A stretch of 64,000 nt of DNA from an uncultured Alphaproteobacteria bacterium (GTDB lineage: Bacteria > Pseudomonadota > Alphaproteobacteria > Sphingomonadales > Sphingomonadaceae). The notes under the pieces were generated by a model. It ran no database searches. It had not been told where the DNA came from and saw only the letters and a list, made by a program, of their open reading frames with translations. Both the position numbers and the translations under genes were made by a program. The DNA lies in NCBI GenBank assembly GCA_963850005.1, contig CAWKJG010000001.1:351523-415522 (forward strand), read 5' to 3'. Below are positions 1 through 8,356 of this stretch, one piece after another. How positions within the stretch are numbered: position 1 is the stretch's first letter; every line of letters starts with the position of its first letter.

Positions 1-146
1 CCGAAGCCGCTCCCCCGGAGGAGGTCGAGGCTGAAGCCAAGCCCGCGAAGAAGGCCAAGGCGAAGAAGGCCGAACCCGCCGCCGAGGAGGCCCCGGCCGA
101 GGTTCCGCCCGCCAAGAAGCCGCGCGCCAGGAAAAAGGATGCTTGA
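1..146 (+). CDS. 3' end of a gene with a Lys/Ala/Glu/Pro-rich low-complexity tail (identity unknown)
   Basis: Frame 3 reads EAAPPEEVEAEAKPAKKAKAKK...KKPRARKKDA, stop TGA 144-146; truncated by window edge. Confidence 0.6.
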   Translation, partial: EAAPPEEVEAEAKPAKKAKAKKAEPAAEEAPAEVPPAKKPRARKKDA

Positions 147-147
147 T

Positions 148-220
148 CCGTTCGGGCTGAGCTTGTCGAAGCCCTCTCCTTAACCCAATAGAGGGCCTTC
201 GACAGGCTCAGGCCGAACGG
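148..220. repeat. REP-like palindrome (CTGAGC.TGTCGAAG...CTTCGACAGGCTCAG type)
   Basis: Imperfect inverted repeat: ccgttcgggctgagcttgtcgaagccct / agggccttcgacaggctcaggccgaacgg. Confidence 0.75.
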
Positions 221-237
221 TGGGGGGTCGAGCGCCG

Positions 238-1176
238 GTGGATCAGTCGCAGCTTCGAATCGCAATCCTCCTCCCTTGCTACAACGAGGAGGCGGCGATC
301 GCCCAGACGATAGCGGCTTTCCGGACGGCGCTGCCGTCGGCCCGGCTCTACGTCTACGACAATAACAGCCAGGACCGGACCCGCGAGGTCGCGGCGGCCG
401 CCGGGGCGATCGTCCGCGAGGAACGGATGCAGGGCAAGGGCCATGTCGTACGCCGGATGTTCGCCGACATCGAGGCGGACGTCTACGTCATGGCCGACGG
501 CAATTCCACCTACGACGCCTCTGCCGCCCCCGAGCTGGTCGGCCGGCTCGTCGACGAGCGGCTCGACATGGTCGTCGGCGCCCGCAAGTCGGAGGTCGAG
601 GAGGCGTACAGGCGCGGCCACCGGCTCGGCAACCGGCTGTTCACCGGGATCCTCGCCGGGCTGTTCGGCCGGAGCTTCACCGACATCTTCTCGGGCTACC
701 GGGTCTTCTCGCGCCGCTTCGTCAAGAGCTTCCCGGCCCTGTCGCGGGGCTTCGAGACCGAGACCGAGATCAGCGTCCACGCGCTCGAACTGGCGATGCC
801 GGTCGCCGAAATGGTCACCGCCTACGGCGCCCGCCCGGAAGGCTCGGTATCCAAGTTGAGCACCTATCGCGACGGCTGGCGGATCATGCGCACCATCCTC
901 CATCTGTTCAGGATCGAGCGGCCGGTCCTCTTCTACGGCGGCTTCGCGGCCTTCTTCGCCGGGCTCGGACTGGTCCTCGCCGCGCCGCTGATCCTCACCT
1001 ATGTCGAGACCGGCCTGGTGCCGCGCTTCCCGACGGCGATCCTCGTCACCGGACTGATGGTCGTCGCCTTCCTGAGCTTCGGGGTCGGGCTGATCCTCGA
1101 CACGGTGGTGCGGGGGCGCCGCGAGATGCGTCGGCTCGCCTATCTCAGCTTCCCGGCGGTGGGCGAGGGCGGTTGA
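238..1176 (+). CDS. GT2 family glycosyltransferase (DPM-synthase/GtrB-like, C-terminal TM helices)
   Basis: ILLPCYNEE, VYDNNSQD, MQGKG, DxD region DADVYVMADG(N)STYD, DIFSGYR, FETETE; two C-terminal hydrophobic segments; probable GTG start at 238. Confidence 0.92.
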   Translation: MDQSQLRIAILLPCYNEEAAIAQTIAAFRTALPSARLYVYDNNSQDRTREVAAAAGAIVREERMQGKGHVVRRMFADIEADVYVMADGNSTYDASAAPELVGRLVDERLDMVVGARKSEVEEAYRRGHRLGNRLFTGILAGLFGRSFTDIFSGYRVFSRRFVKSFPALSRGFETETEISVHALELAMPVAEMVTAYGARPEGSVSKLSTYRDGWRIMRTILHLFRIERPVLFYGGFAAFFAGLGLVLAAPLILTYVETGLVPRFPTAILVTGLMVVAFLSFGVGLILDTVVRGRREMRRLAYLSFPAVGEGG

Positions 1177-1198
1177 GGGGCTGCGTCCGGAGGAAGCG

Positions 1199-1435
1199 CT
1201 AGCCTTCGACCGTGACCGCGTCGCCGAAGGTGACGCTGTCGACGACGGCGCCACTCTCGTCGGCGATGTCGATCCGGTGCGAGAGGTTGATCCGGCCCTC
1301 CGCCACCGTCTCCAGCATCATCTCCCGGGCCTCCCGGATGCCGTTGGCGCGCGCCGCCTCGAGATCGGGCAGGTCAATTCCCTCCTCGTCCATCGAGACG
1401 ATGTCGTTGTAGAGATGGAAGAAGTATAAGGGCAC
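1199..1435 (-). CDS. DUF6894-like small protein
   Basis: PLYFFHL...DEEGIDLPDLEAAR..AREM...IDIADESGAVVDSVTF pattern; GTG start at 1435. Confidence 0.75.
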   Translation of the reverse strand: MPLYFFHLYNDIVSMDEEGIDLPDLEAARANGIREAREMMLETVAEGRINLSHRIDIADESGAVVDSVTFGDAVTVEG

Positions 1436-1618
1436 GGCCGGACTAACATAATCCCTTTGGGCGCCGAGTCCTTGATTCATGTCAGGAAGCGCCGCCCGGT
1501 CCCGCTCCCTCCGCACCGGCGCCTCTCGCGCCTTTCTTCCGAGGCGGTGACACTTCATTCTTCGAGAGACAGCAACGGGCGATCGGCTGTGCGGCCGCGC
1601 TTGTCGCCGACAAGATCC

Positions 1619-2095
1619 TCAGTTGCTGAAGAGGATCGCCGTCAGCATCACGCAGGCCAGCCAGACGATGATCAGGACGGCGGGGAGGTAGAGGTATTTC
1701 TTCCGCCAGGGACGATTGCGGTGCCAGAAGGTGACGGGCGGAACGGTGTCGAGGAAACGCATGAAGCGAAGATGGTCGGCGTCGGTGACCGCGCCGATCG
1801 CGGCGGGCGGGTCGATGTCGCGCTTGTAGCGCGGGCGGCGGGCATCCAGGCCCTCGACGTCGCCATTGGCGTGAAGGACCAGATCGGGGGCGAGGCCGAG
1901 ATGGCGAAGCACCAGCCGGTCGGGATTGGCGGAGGCGCCGATCTCGGCCGTGTAGCCGCGCCGGACGAGGGCGTGCAGGCGCTCCAGCACCGGCGAGGGC
2001 GCCGGCTCGGCCATGGCGGCGAACGGCCGCACCGGTTCCTCCCGGAAAGCGACGGCCCGGGCCCTGTCGGGCGCGATCTCAATTTCATTGGCCAT
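1619..2095 (-). CDS. hypothetical protein with C-terminal TM helix
   Basis: ORF from MANEIEIAPDRAR; ends YLYLPAVLIIVWLACVMLTAILFSN; GC3-rich codons. Confidence 0.65.
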   Translation of the reverse strand: MANEIEIAPDRARAVAFREEPVRPFAAMAEPAPSPVLERLHALVRRGYTAEIGASANPDRLVLRHLGLAPDLVLHANGDVEGLDARRPRYKRDIDPPAAIGAVTDADHLRFMRFLDTVPPVTFWHRNRPWRKKYLYLPAVLIIVWLACVMLTAILFSN

Positions 2096-2179
2096 GCCGG
2101 CGGGGTAGCATGAGAGTGTTAGCCTATGCAACACACCAGCTGTGTCTGCCTGTCGCAAAGCGGCCGCCAATTCTTTTTT

Positions 2180-2350
2180 CTACATTGCGCCTTCGTGCCG
2201 TCTTTCAAAAAGTAAGGCCCCTCGTCTGGAGGAAAACGCTGGATGCGCCGGTCCTTGCCTCGGCCTTGCACTCGGTCATGCGCTCCCACTCGTGCCAATC
2301 GGACTCCGCGGCACCCCGGTTTGAGGGAAGGCACGAAGGCACAACGTAGA
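2180..2350. repeat. degenerate inverted-repeat pair related to the 5811-5894 palindrome
   Basis: ctacattgcgccttcgtgccgtctttcaa (2180-2208) approximates the reverse complement of ttgagggaaggcacgaaggcacaacgtag (~2321-2349). Confidence 0.55.
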
Positions 2351-2630
2351 AAGGAGGATTCGCGCTGGCGCGGGAGGAAAGCAGGGAGAAAACAGGGATA
2401 ATATACATTTGTCACGGGCCGAGATCCCTCGGCCTCCACAGATCGACAGAAAATGTATACTGTCCCGGGTTTTTAAACGGAAAGCGGAGCACCAATTCGC
2501 ACTGTGCACGCCAGTTTAGCCTGGGCGCCGTTCGATACGCGGCGCTTGGTGCCATTAGAAAACTGAAATATACTTGCAGATGATCGATTATCGTATCACT
2601 AGTCGTCTTCGTCCGGTCGAGGTCGCATCT

Positions 2631-2819
2631 ATGGAAATCCGGAAGATCCAGGCCGACGCGATGCGCGCTCGGGCGCAAAGCCTTCGCGAGGCGTCCAGCG
2701 GCTTTTCGTCGGGCGTGTCCCGAACGCTTCTCGAGCTCGCCGATGCGATCGACGCGGAAGCGGCGTTGCTGGAAGCCAAGGCCGCCGGTGATGGGGAAGC
2801 GCCGGATAGCCTCGGGTAA
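2631..2819 (+). CDS. small hypothetical protein
   Basis: MEIRKIQADAMRARAQSLREA...LLELADAIDAEAALLE amphipathic helical ORF; start uncertain. Confidence 0.45.
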   Translation: MEIRKIQADAMRARAQSLREASSGFSSGVSRTLLELADAIDAEAALLEAKAAGDGEAPDSLG

Positions 2820-2921
2820 TCCGCTCTGGACCGAGTCTCAGGGTGGGGTCGGGCGCTTCCGTGACGAAACAACCGGCCTCTACTCCAGTCCGATCGCGTG
2901 TCGTGGAGCGCGCAGCCGACA

Positions 2922-3605
2922 TCACTCCGTTGGCGCGTTCCGGATCAGCAGGTCGAGCTGGGCGTCGCAGCCATTGTCGATCAGCGCCTTGGCAAGCAAA
3001 ATGGGGTCGTCGCCGACCGCGGCCAGGGTCTTGAACCTGAGCCGGGTCGGAGCGCCGGCGCCGGCCCATTTCAGCGAATATTCGGCGCCGTCGGCGATCG
3101 GCAGCTGCTGCGGCCAGCGCTGCACCAGCCGGCCCGCGGGCCAGGCGACCGGCTGGCCGGCACCGGCGGCGGGAGTGACCTGGAGGGTCGCCTCGGCGGC
3201 GCCGGCGGGACGCCAGAGCAGGACCTGGCCGGCCTCGGCGAAGCAGACGTTGCCGCTCTTCGACACGTCGACGTCCCACAGGCCCGGCGACGGCGGCACT
3301 TCGGGGCCGCGCATCGCGCTGAACCGCGCTCGGGCGTTGAACGCCGGAGCGCCGCCGCCGCCGGCGACCTTGAACGTGCCCGGCCCGCGCAGGGTGCGGG
3401 CGCCGGAAGGGGCGAGCACCGTCACGACGTCGCCGGCCTTGAGCACCACCGGCGTGTTCTCGCCGACGGCTCGGCCCGGCGGATAGGATTTGGCGGACGG
3501 CCCGGCGGAGCGGACGACGAGCGGGGTCGCCGTCAAGGCGGCCGGAGCCGCCAGCAGGGCCGCCGCGGCGGCCGCCCTAATCGCCAAACTCGCGAAATTT
3601 TGCAT
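2922..3605 (-). CDS. secreted hypothetical protein (sphingomonad conserved type)
   Basis: Signal peptide MQNFASLAIRAAAAAALLAAPAALT; SAGPSAKSYPPG...LKAGDVVTVL..GARTLRGPGTF; CFA...LLWR; LIDNGCDAQLD. Confidence 0.75.
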   Translation of the reverse strand: MQNFASLAIRAAAAAALLAAPAALTATPLVVRSAGPSAKSYPPGRAVGENTPVVLKAGDVVTVLAPSGARTLRGPGTFKVAGGGGAPAFNARARFSAMRGPEVPPSPGLWDVDVSKSGNVCFAEAGQVLLWRPAGAAEATLQVTPAAGAGQPVAWPAGRLVQRWPQQLPIADGAEYSLKWAGAGAPTRLRFKTLAAVGDDPILLAKALIDNGCDAQLDLLIRNAPTE

Positions 3606-3703
3606 CGATCCACCTTCCATCCCGGACTTGAGAGAATAACGCTTCCCGAGGCGGTTAATCCAGCCTTGTTGCAGGTCGATGCCCGGGCGCGCTCCCATCG
3701 GTT

Positions 3704-5611
3704 TCAATTGTTACCGGCCGGACCGGCGGCGAGGCGGGAGGCGAGAGCGTCGATCTGCCGCTGCTGCCGCGCCAGGGTATCGGCGAGCTCGCGCTCCCTT
3801 GCCTGGCGCGCGAGCACGACCCGGATCGCGCGCGCCACCGGCCCGGCGAGCTCGTCGAGCGCGTCGAGCTCGGCCGTGCTCAGCCGCGAGCGGTCGGGAT
3901 GGGGGCCGAGCAGGATCCAGCCCAGGCAGGTGCCGTCGTCGAGGCTGAGCGGGCGGCGGAGCGGGAAGAAGGCATCACCGGTCTCGACCCCTGACGCGCA
4001 GGAGGGATCGAGCGCCGTCGCCTGGAGCCACGCCTCGACCTCCTTGTCGCCGGTGCCCCGGCTCCCGGCGACCTTGCCGTCGAGGACGAGGGCGAGCCGG
4101 GCCGAGCGTACGCCCGCCGAAATGCGTTCGAGAATCTCCTCGACCAGCTCGGGCAGGGTCGCGAAATGCCTGAGGTCGCGAAGGCAGTCGGGCAGGTCGC
4201 GGCGCATCTCCGCGAGCTTTCGGTGAAAGCGGCGCTCGGCCCAGCCCTGGACTCGCTCGTAGACGGGGCTGACCATCGCCGTCGACAGAGCGGCGCCGAC
4301 GATCGGGGCGATCGAGCCGGCGTCGCGGCCGAAGAAGCGGAGAATGATTTCCTTCACCCCCTCCATCGTCGCCGCGAACACCGCCGCCAGGATCAGGGCG
4401 ATGAGGGCGAAAGAAGCCGACCGGCTGATCGCCACCTCGGCGTCGTAGAGCCGGTAGCGGAGCAGGGCGACGAGCAGGCCGGCCTGGAGCAGGAGGAAGG
4501 CGAGGCCGAAGGCGAAGCCGGCGGCGACCTCGAGCGCGAGCTGCTGGGCAAGGCTCGGCGCTCCGGCCTTGAGCATGTCGGCGGTGATCGAGACTCCGAG
4601 GAAGAAAGCGTAGCCGGAAAAGCCGAACACCGCCCATTTGAGCTGCTGGCGCTCGTCTCCCGAAGCGCTCCTCAGCCGCCACAGGAAGAGCAGGACCGAC
4701 GCCGCCATCGCGGCGATCAGCATCGCCCGGTAGAAATCCCCCTCGAGGAGCAGGAGCAAAGGCAAAGCGGCGAGGATCGCGACGGTGATCCGGGGCGAGA
4801 GCCGGCCGTGCGGGAAGAGCAATATGCCCCCGATCAGGCAGATATTGGCAAGATCGTAGAGCGCCCGGTGGGCCCCTTCGGGCAGTCCGACGACCAGGGC
4901 GAGGAAGGTCGCCGACGGCTGCTCGGTCGCCATGGTCAGGAGGATGGCGAGCGAGACCACCGAGCTGACCACGTCGGTGCGCTTGCGCTTGTAGAGCAGC
5001 CAGGCGGAGATGAGCAGGAAGGGGTAGGTGAGCAGGTGGATGAGGTCGATGAAGCTGAGCAGCCTGGGCGGCACGCCCAGCGCGCTCGAGGCCTGCTCGA
5101 CATGGACCTCGCCGGTGCGAAGGGCGACGTCGCGAGTCCGCCCGTCCGGGGCGCGCAGACGAAGCAGGACGTCGCGGTCCTCGGTCCCGTTCAGAAGGTC
5201 GTTGAACAGGAGCTGGTCGGTCTCGGTCCCGATCCCCTCCGGCGCCCCGGGCGAGCCCGGCATCGCCACTTGCCCCGAGACCGGCAGGGTGTCGATCGCG
5301 ACGATGTCGTCGCCGGGACGGATTCCGGCGGCGTTGGCGGCGGAGCCGACCGGGAACCGGATCCGGGTCAGGTCGTGCTGGGCCAGAGCGACCCCGGCGC
5401 GGCTGCCGGCGACGAGCCCACTGTTGCGCCCCGCCTCGGAGAAGCGCTGCCAGGTGCCGGCGACCGGGCCGATCACGGCGAGCGCGAAGGCGGCGAACCA
5501 GATCAGCCGGAACAGGAGGAAGCCGCGAGGCCCGAAATCGGGCACGCGCTGAGGCAGCCTCAGCCGGAAGCGCTTGGCGGGCAGGCTTTCGGCCGCGATA
5601 TCGATTGCCAT
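3704..5611 (-). CDS. multi-pass membrane protein with PDZ-like domain and C-terminal GAF-like region
   Basis: AGIRPGDDIVAIDTLPV PDZ-like motif, about 8 TM segments, RYRLYD motif, C-terminal GWILLGP...LSTAELDALDELA; likely start MAIDIAAE at 5611. Confidence 0.7.
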   Translation of the reverse strand: MAIDIAAESLPAKRFRLRLPQRVPDFGPRGFLLFRLIWFAAFALAVIGPVAGTWQRFSEAGRNSGLVAGSRAGVALAQHDLTRIRFPVGSAANAAGIRPGDDIVAIDTLPVSGQVAMPGSPGAPEGIGTETDQLLFNDLLNGTEDRDVLLRLRAPDGRTRDVALRTGEVHVEQASSALGVPPRLLSFIDLIHLLTYPFLLISAWLLYKRKRTDVVSSVVSLAILLTMATEQPSATFLALVVGLPEGAHRALYDLANICLIGGILLFPHGRLSPRITVAILAALPLLLLLEGDFYRAMLIAAMAASVLLFLWRLRSASGDERQQLKWAVFGFSGYAFFLGVSITADMLKAGAPSLAQQLALEVAAGFAFGLAFLLLQAGLLVALLRYRLYDAEVAISRSASFALIALILAAVFAATMEGVKEIILRFFGRDAGSIAPIVGAALSTAMVSPVYERVQGWAERRFHRKLAEMRRDLPDCLRDLRHFATLPELVEEILERISAGVRSARLALVLDGKVAGSRGTGDKEVEAWLQATALDPSCASGVETGDAFFPLRRPLSLDDGTCLGWILLGPHPDRSRLSTAELDALDELAGPVARAIRVVLARQARERELADTLARQQRQIDALASRLAAGPAGNN

Positions 5612-5810
5612 CCCCGCAAGCGCCCCAGCTGCAACGACCAGGGGGGAGCGATAGCATGGGGCGAGGCGGCGGCCATGGGGAAATTGCCGAGGCGGATCAG
5701 ATAAGACTGTCATCCTGAACGGGTTTCAGCATCCAGCCCTCCGCCGCGACCTGAGCTGGCGGCAACGCATCGTGCGCCCCTCCTCGACGGCCGCAGGCCC
5801 TGGATTTTTT

Positions 5811-5894
5811 GAGGGAAGGCGCAACGGCACAAAGGCGCGACCTAGAAAAACGAGGCTCACTACGTCGCGCCTTTGTGCCGTTGCGCCTTCCCTC
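5811..5894. repeat. 31-bp perfect inverted repeat (REP/MITE-like hairpin)
   Basis: gagggaaggcgcaacggcacaaaggcgcgac (5811-5841) is the exact reverse complement of 5864-5894; 22-nt loop. Confidence 0.85.
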
Positions 5895-6046
5895 TCAAAA
5901 ACGACACTGGGACGCCGGGGGTCAAGCGGAAGCGCTCGACACGGACCCGGACCTCGGGCTGGCGACGGGCTGAACCCTGAAACGATTTCAGGGTGGCGGC
6001 TGTGGTGAGACGCGCGTCTCGGCTGGATTTCTGCTACGACGTGACC

Positions 6047-7424
6047 ATGATTCTTTCGACCATTTCCGCCCTATGGAGCGCCCGCTGTCGGCGGCGCGCG
6101 GCTGTGCTTGCCCCGCTCATGCTGCTGCTCGCCGCCGCGGCGCCGCTCCCGGCTCCCTCCGGGCAGTTCCTCGCGCTCAGCGATGTGCATTTCGATCCGT
6201 TCGCCGACGCCGCGATTGTCCCGCGCCTGATCGAGGCCGAAGCGCGGGACTGGCCGGCGATCTTCGCGGCCTCGAAGCCGGCGCCGCCGGTCGGGGCGGG
6301 GAGCGACACCAATTACGCCTTGTTCGAGTCGACGCTTCGGCAGGCCGAGGCGGTGGGCGGGCGCGGCGGCTATGATTTCGTGCTCGTCACCGGGGATTTG
6401 CTGCGCCACGATTTCGAAACCACGTTCGCGAAAATATGGCGGCGGCGACAAGGAGAAGCTGCAGGCTTTCGCGGCGAAGACGGTGACTTACGTCAACCGG
6501 GCGATCGAGCGCCGGTTTCGAGGCGCGCCGCTGATCGAGGCGCTCGGCAATAACGACAATGATTGCGGCGACTACCAGCCGCGGCCGGGTTCGCCTTTGC
6601 TGGCGGCAATCGCGGGCTCGCTGCCGTCGGTCGCCGCCGACCCGCAGGCGGCGAGCGACTTCGCCGCGGGCGGCAATTACGCAATTGCCCACCCGAAGGT
6701 CGCGAACCATCTCTTCCTCGTCCTCGACAGCGTCTACTGGTCGACCCGCTACAAGGATGCATGCGGCGTTACCGGCGGAGATCCGGGCTCCGCGCAACTG
6801 GCCTGGCTCGAATGGCAATTGTTCCGGGCTCGCCTGGGCGGTCGCACCGTCAGCCTGGTCATGCATATCCCGCCCGGCTTCAACCCTTATGAATCCACCG
6901 CGGCGAAGCCGGCGCCGTTCTGGGTCGACACCTATCGCGACCGCTTCCTGGAGCTCGTCCAGGCCTATGCGCCAGTGCTGATCGCCGGCTATGCCGGCCA
7001 TACCCATATGGACGATTTCCGTCTGGTCCCGGCGACGTCCGGAGCCGCCCTGCCGATCCGGATCACGCCGAGCGTGACCCCGCTCTTCGGCAACAACCCC
7101 TCCTTCGCGGTGATGCGCTACGATCGGGCGGACTCGAGGCCGCTCGATTATACGGCCTATGCGCTTCAGGGCGGCGCCTGGCGGCGCGAATATATTTTTT
7201 CGCAGGCTTATGGCTATCCGGCCTATTCGGCGGCGAACCTCGCCGCTTTGTCGGGGGCCATCCGAACCGGCGGTCCGGCGCGTATTTCTTACGGCCAATA
7301 TTATGCGAGCGGAGCCAAGTCGCCGATCACGGACGGCGATGCGCGAGTCTATGCCTGCGCGCAGACCGAAATGCTGCCAGCGGGCTTCGCCGCCTGCCTG
7401 GGGGACTCTACGCCTGCGCCTTGA
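6047..7424 (+). CDS. secreted calcineurin-like metallophosphoesterase (acid sphingomyelinase/SMPDL3-like); +1 frameshift at ~6431-6434
   Basis: Motifs SDVHFD, TGDLLRHD, LGNND, MHIPPG, AGHTH split over two frames; removing one A from gcgAAAAtat gives a continuous 458-aa ORF. Confidence 0.85.
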
Positions 7425-7460
7425 AAAGCCCCTCTCCCGCGGAAAGCGGGAGAGGGGACT
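7425..7460. terminator. hairpin between convergent genes (terminator/REP)
   Basis: cccctctcccgc ggaaa gcgggagagggg. Confidence 0.6.
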
Positions 7461-7488
7461 GCGGGCGCCGCCACCGGGTTGCTTTCAG

Positions 7489-8064
7489 TTAGCGCCCGCG
7501 GCCTCTCTCGTAGGTCTGGACGCAATTGTCCGTCACGGTCCGAGTGCAGGCGGGGTGGGACGTTTCCGCGCCGGTCATGGTCGCGCCGGTAGCGGGGTCG
7601 ACCATCGGACCGCCGACGCCGCTGCCGGTGGTGCCGTTGAAGCCGGCGGGGACGACGGCCGGGTCGGAGATCACCGCGATGCCGCGGGCGTCGCGCTCCG
7701 GCGCGGCGTTGCTCGGCTGGACGAGAGGGTTCATCGGCGGGGTGACGTTGGCCGCGACCGTCGTGGTTCCGGTCGTCATCGAGTTCGTCGTCGAGTCCGT
7801 CGTCATCGTGTCCGTAGTCATTGCGCCGTCGCTGGCGCCGTCGGTGGTGCTGGTGCTGGTCGTGGTGACGGTGCCGTCGGCATTCTGGGTCGTGGTCTTC
7901 GACCTGGTGCCGAGATCGACGTCGAGATCCACATCGGGGTCGCCGTCGGGCTGGGTGCCGACATGGGCGTCGACGTCGGGCTGGGTCGTCGTCGTACTGG
8001 TCTGCGCGAAGGCCGCGCCGCTCAAAAGGAGAGCGATCGCGAAAGCGGCGGTTCTCATTGCCAT
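7489..8064 (-). CDS. secreted Thr-rich protein with C-terminal CxxxxxDxC motif
   Basis: Signal peptide MRTAAFAIALLLSGAAFAQ; Thr/Asp-rich low complexity; ends HPACTRTVTDNCVQTYERG. Confidence 0.75.
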   Translation of the reverse strand: MAMRTAAFAIALLLSGAAFAQTSTTTTQPDVDAHVGTQPDGDPDVDLDVDLGTRSKTTTQNADGTVTTTSTSTTDGASDGAMTTDTMTTDSTTNSMTTGTTTVAANVTPPMNPLVQPSNAAPERDARGIAVISDPAVVPAGFNGTTGSGVGGPMVDPATGATMTGAETSHPACTRTVTDNCVQTYERGRGR

Positions 8065-8356
8065 TACTCCACTGGTTACAAGGTTCGGGGCGCCGGCCGT
8101 GCGGGGGCCGTACGGGCGCCGAGGCCGCGACTTCCGCGCGGCGATGCCGGATCAACCCACGAAGGCCGACTTCTCGCCATCCGGTTCGGCGGAGCGTGGC
8201 GCAGCCGGGGCGAACTGTCTCCCGCGCGCAACGATCCAGATCAAAACGTCCGTAACGGAGGCGAATCCACTCCCGTCATGGGCCCAATCGGCGTTACTCT
8301 TCCCGTGGGGGCCGAAGCTCCGCGAAGGTCGCGGCCGGCGCCCGTGGGAAGTCGAG

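Noticed and set aside
8065-8356. Riboswitch upstream of the TonB-dependent receptor
   Set aside because: No recognisable cobalamin/TPP/other conserved motif
7526-8356. 277-aa N-terminal extension of the TBDR and other long overlapping ORFs (e.g. 55483-59010 +, 8678-11380 -, 47385-49145 +)
   Set aside because: Antisense/alternate-frame open frames typical of high-GC DNA; they overlap well-supported genes
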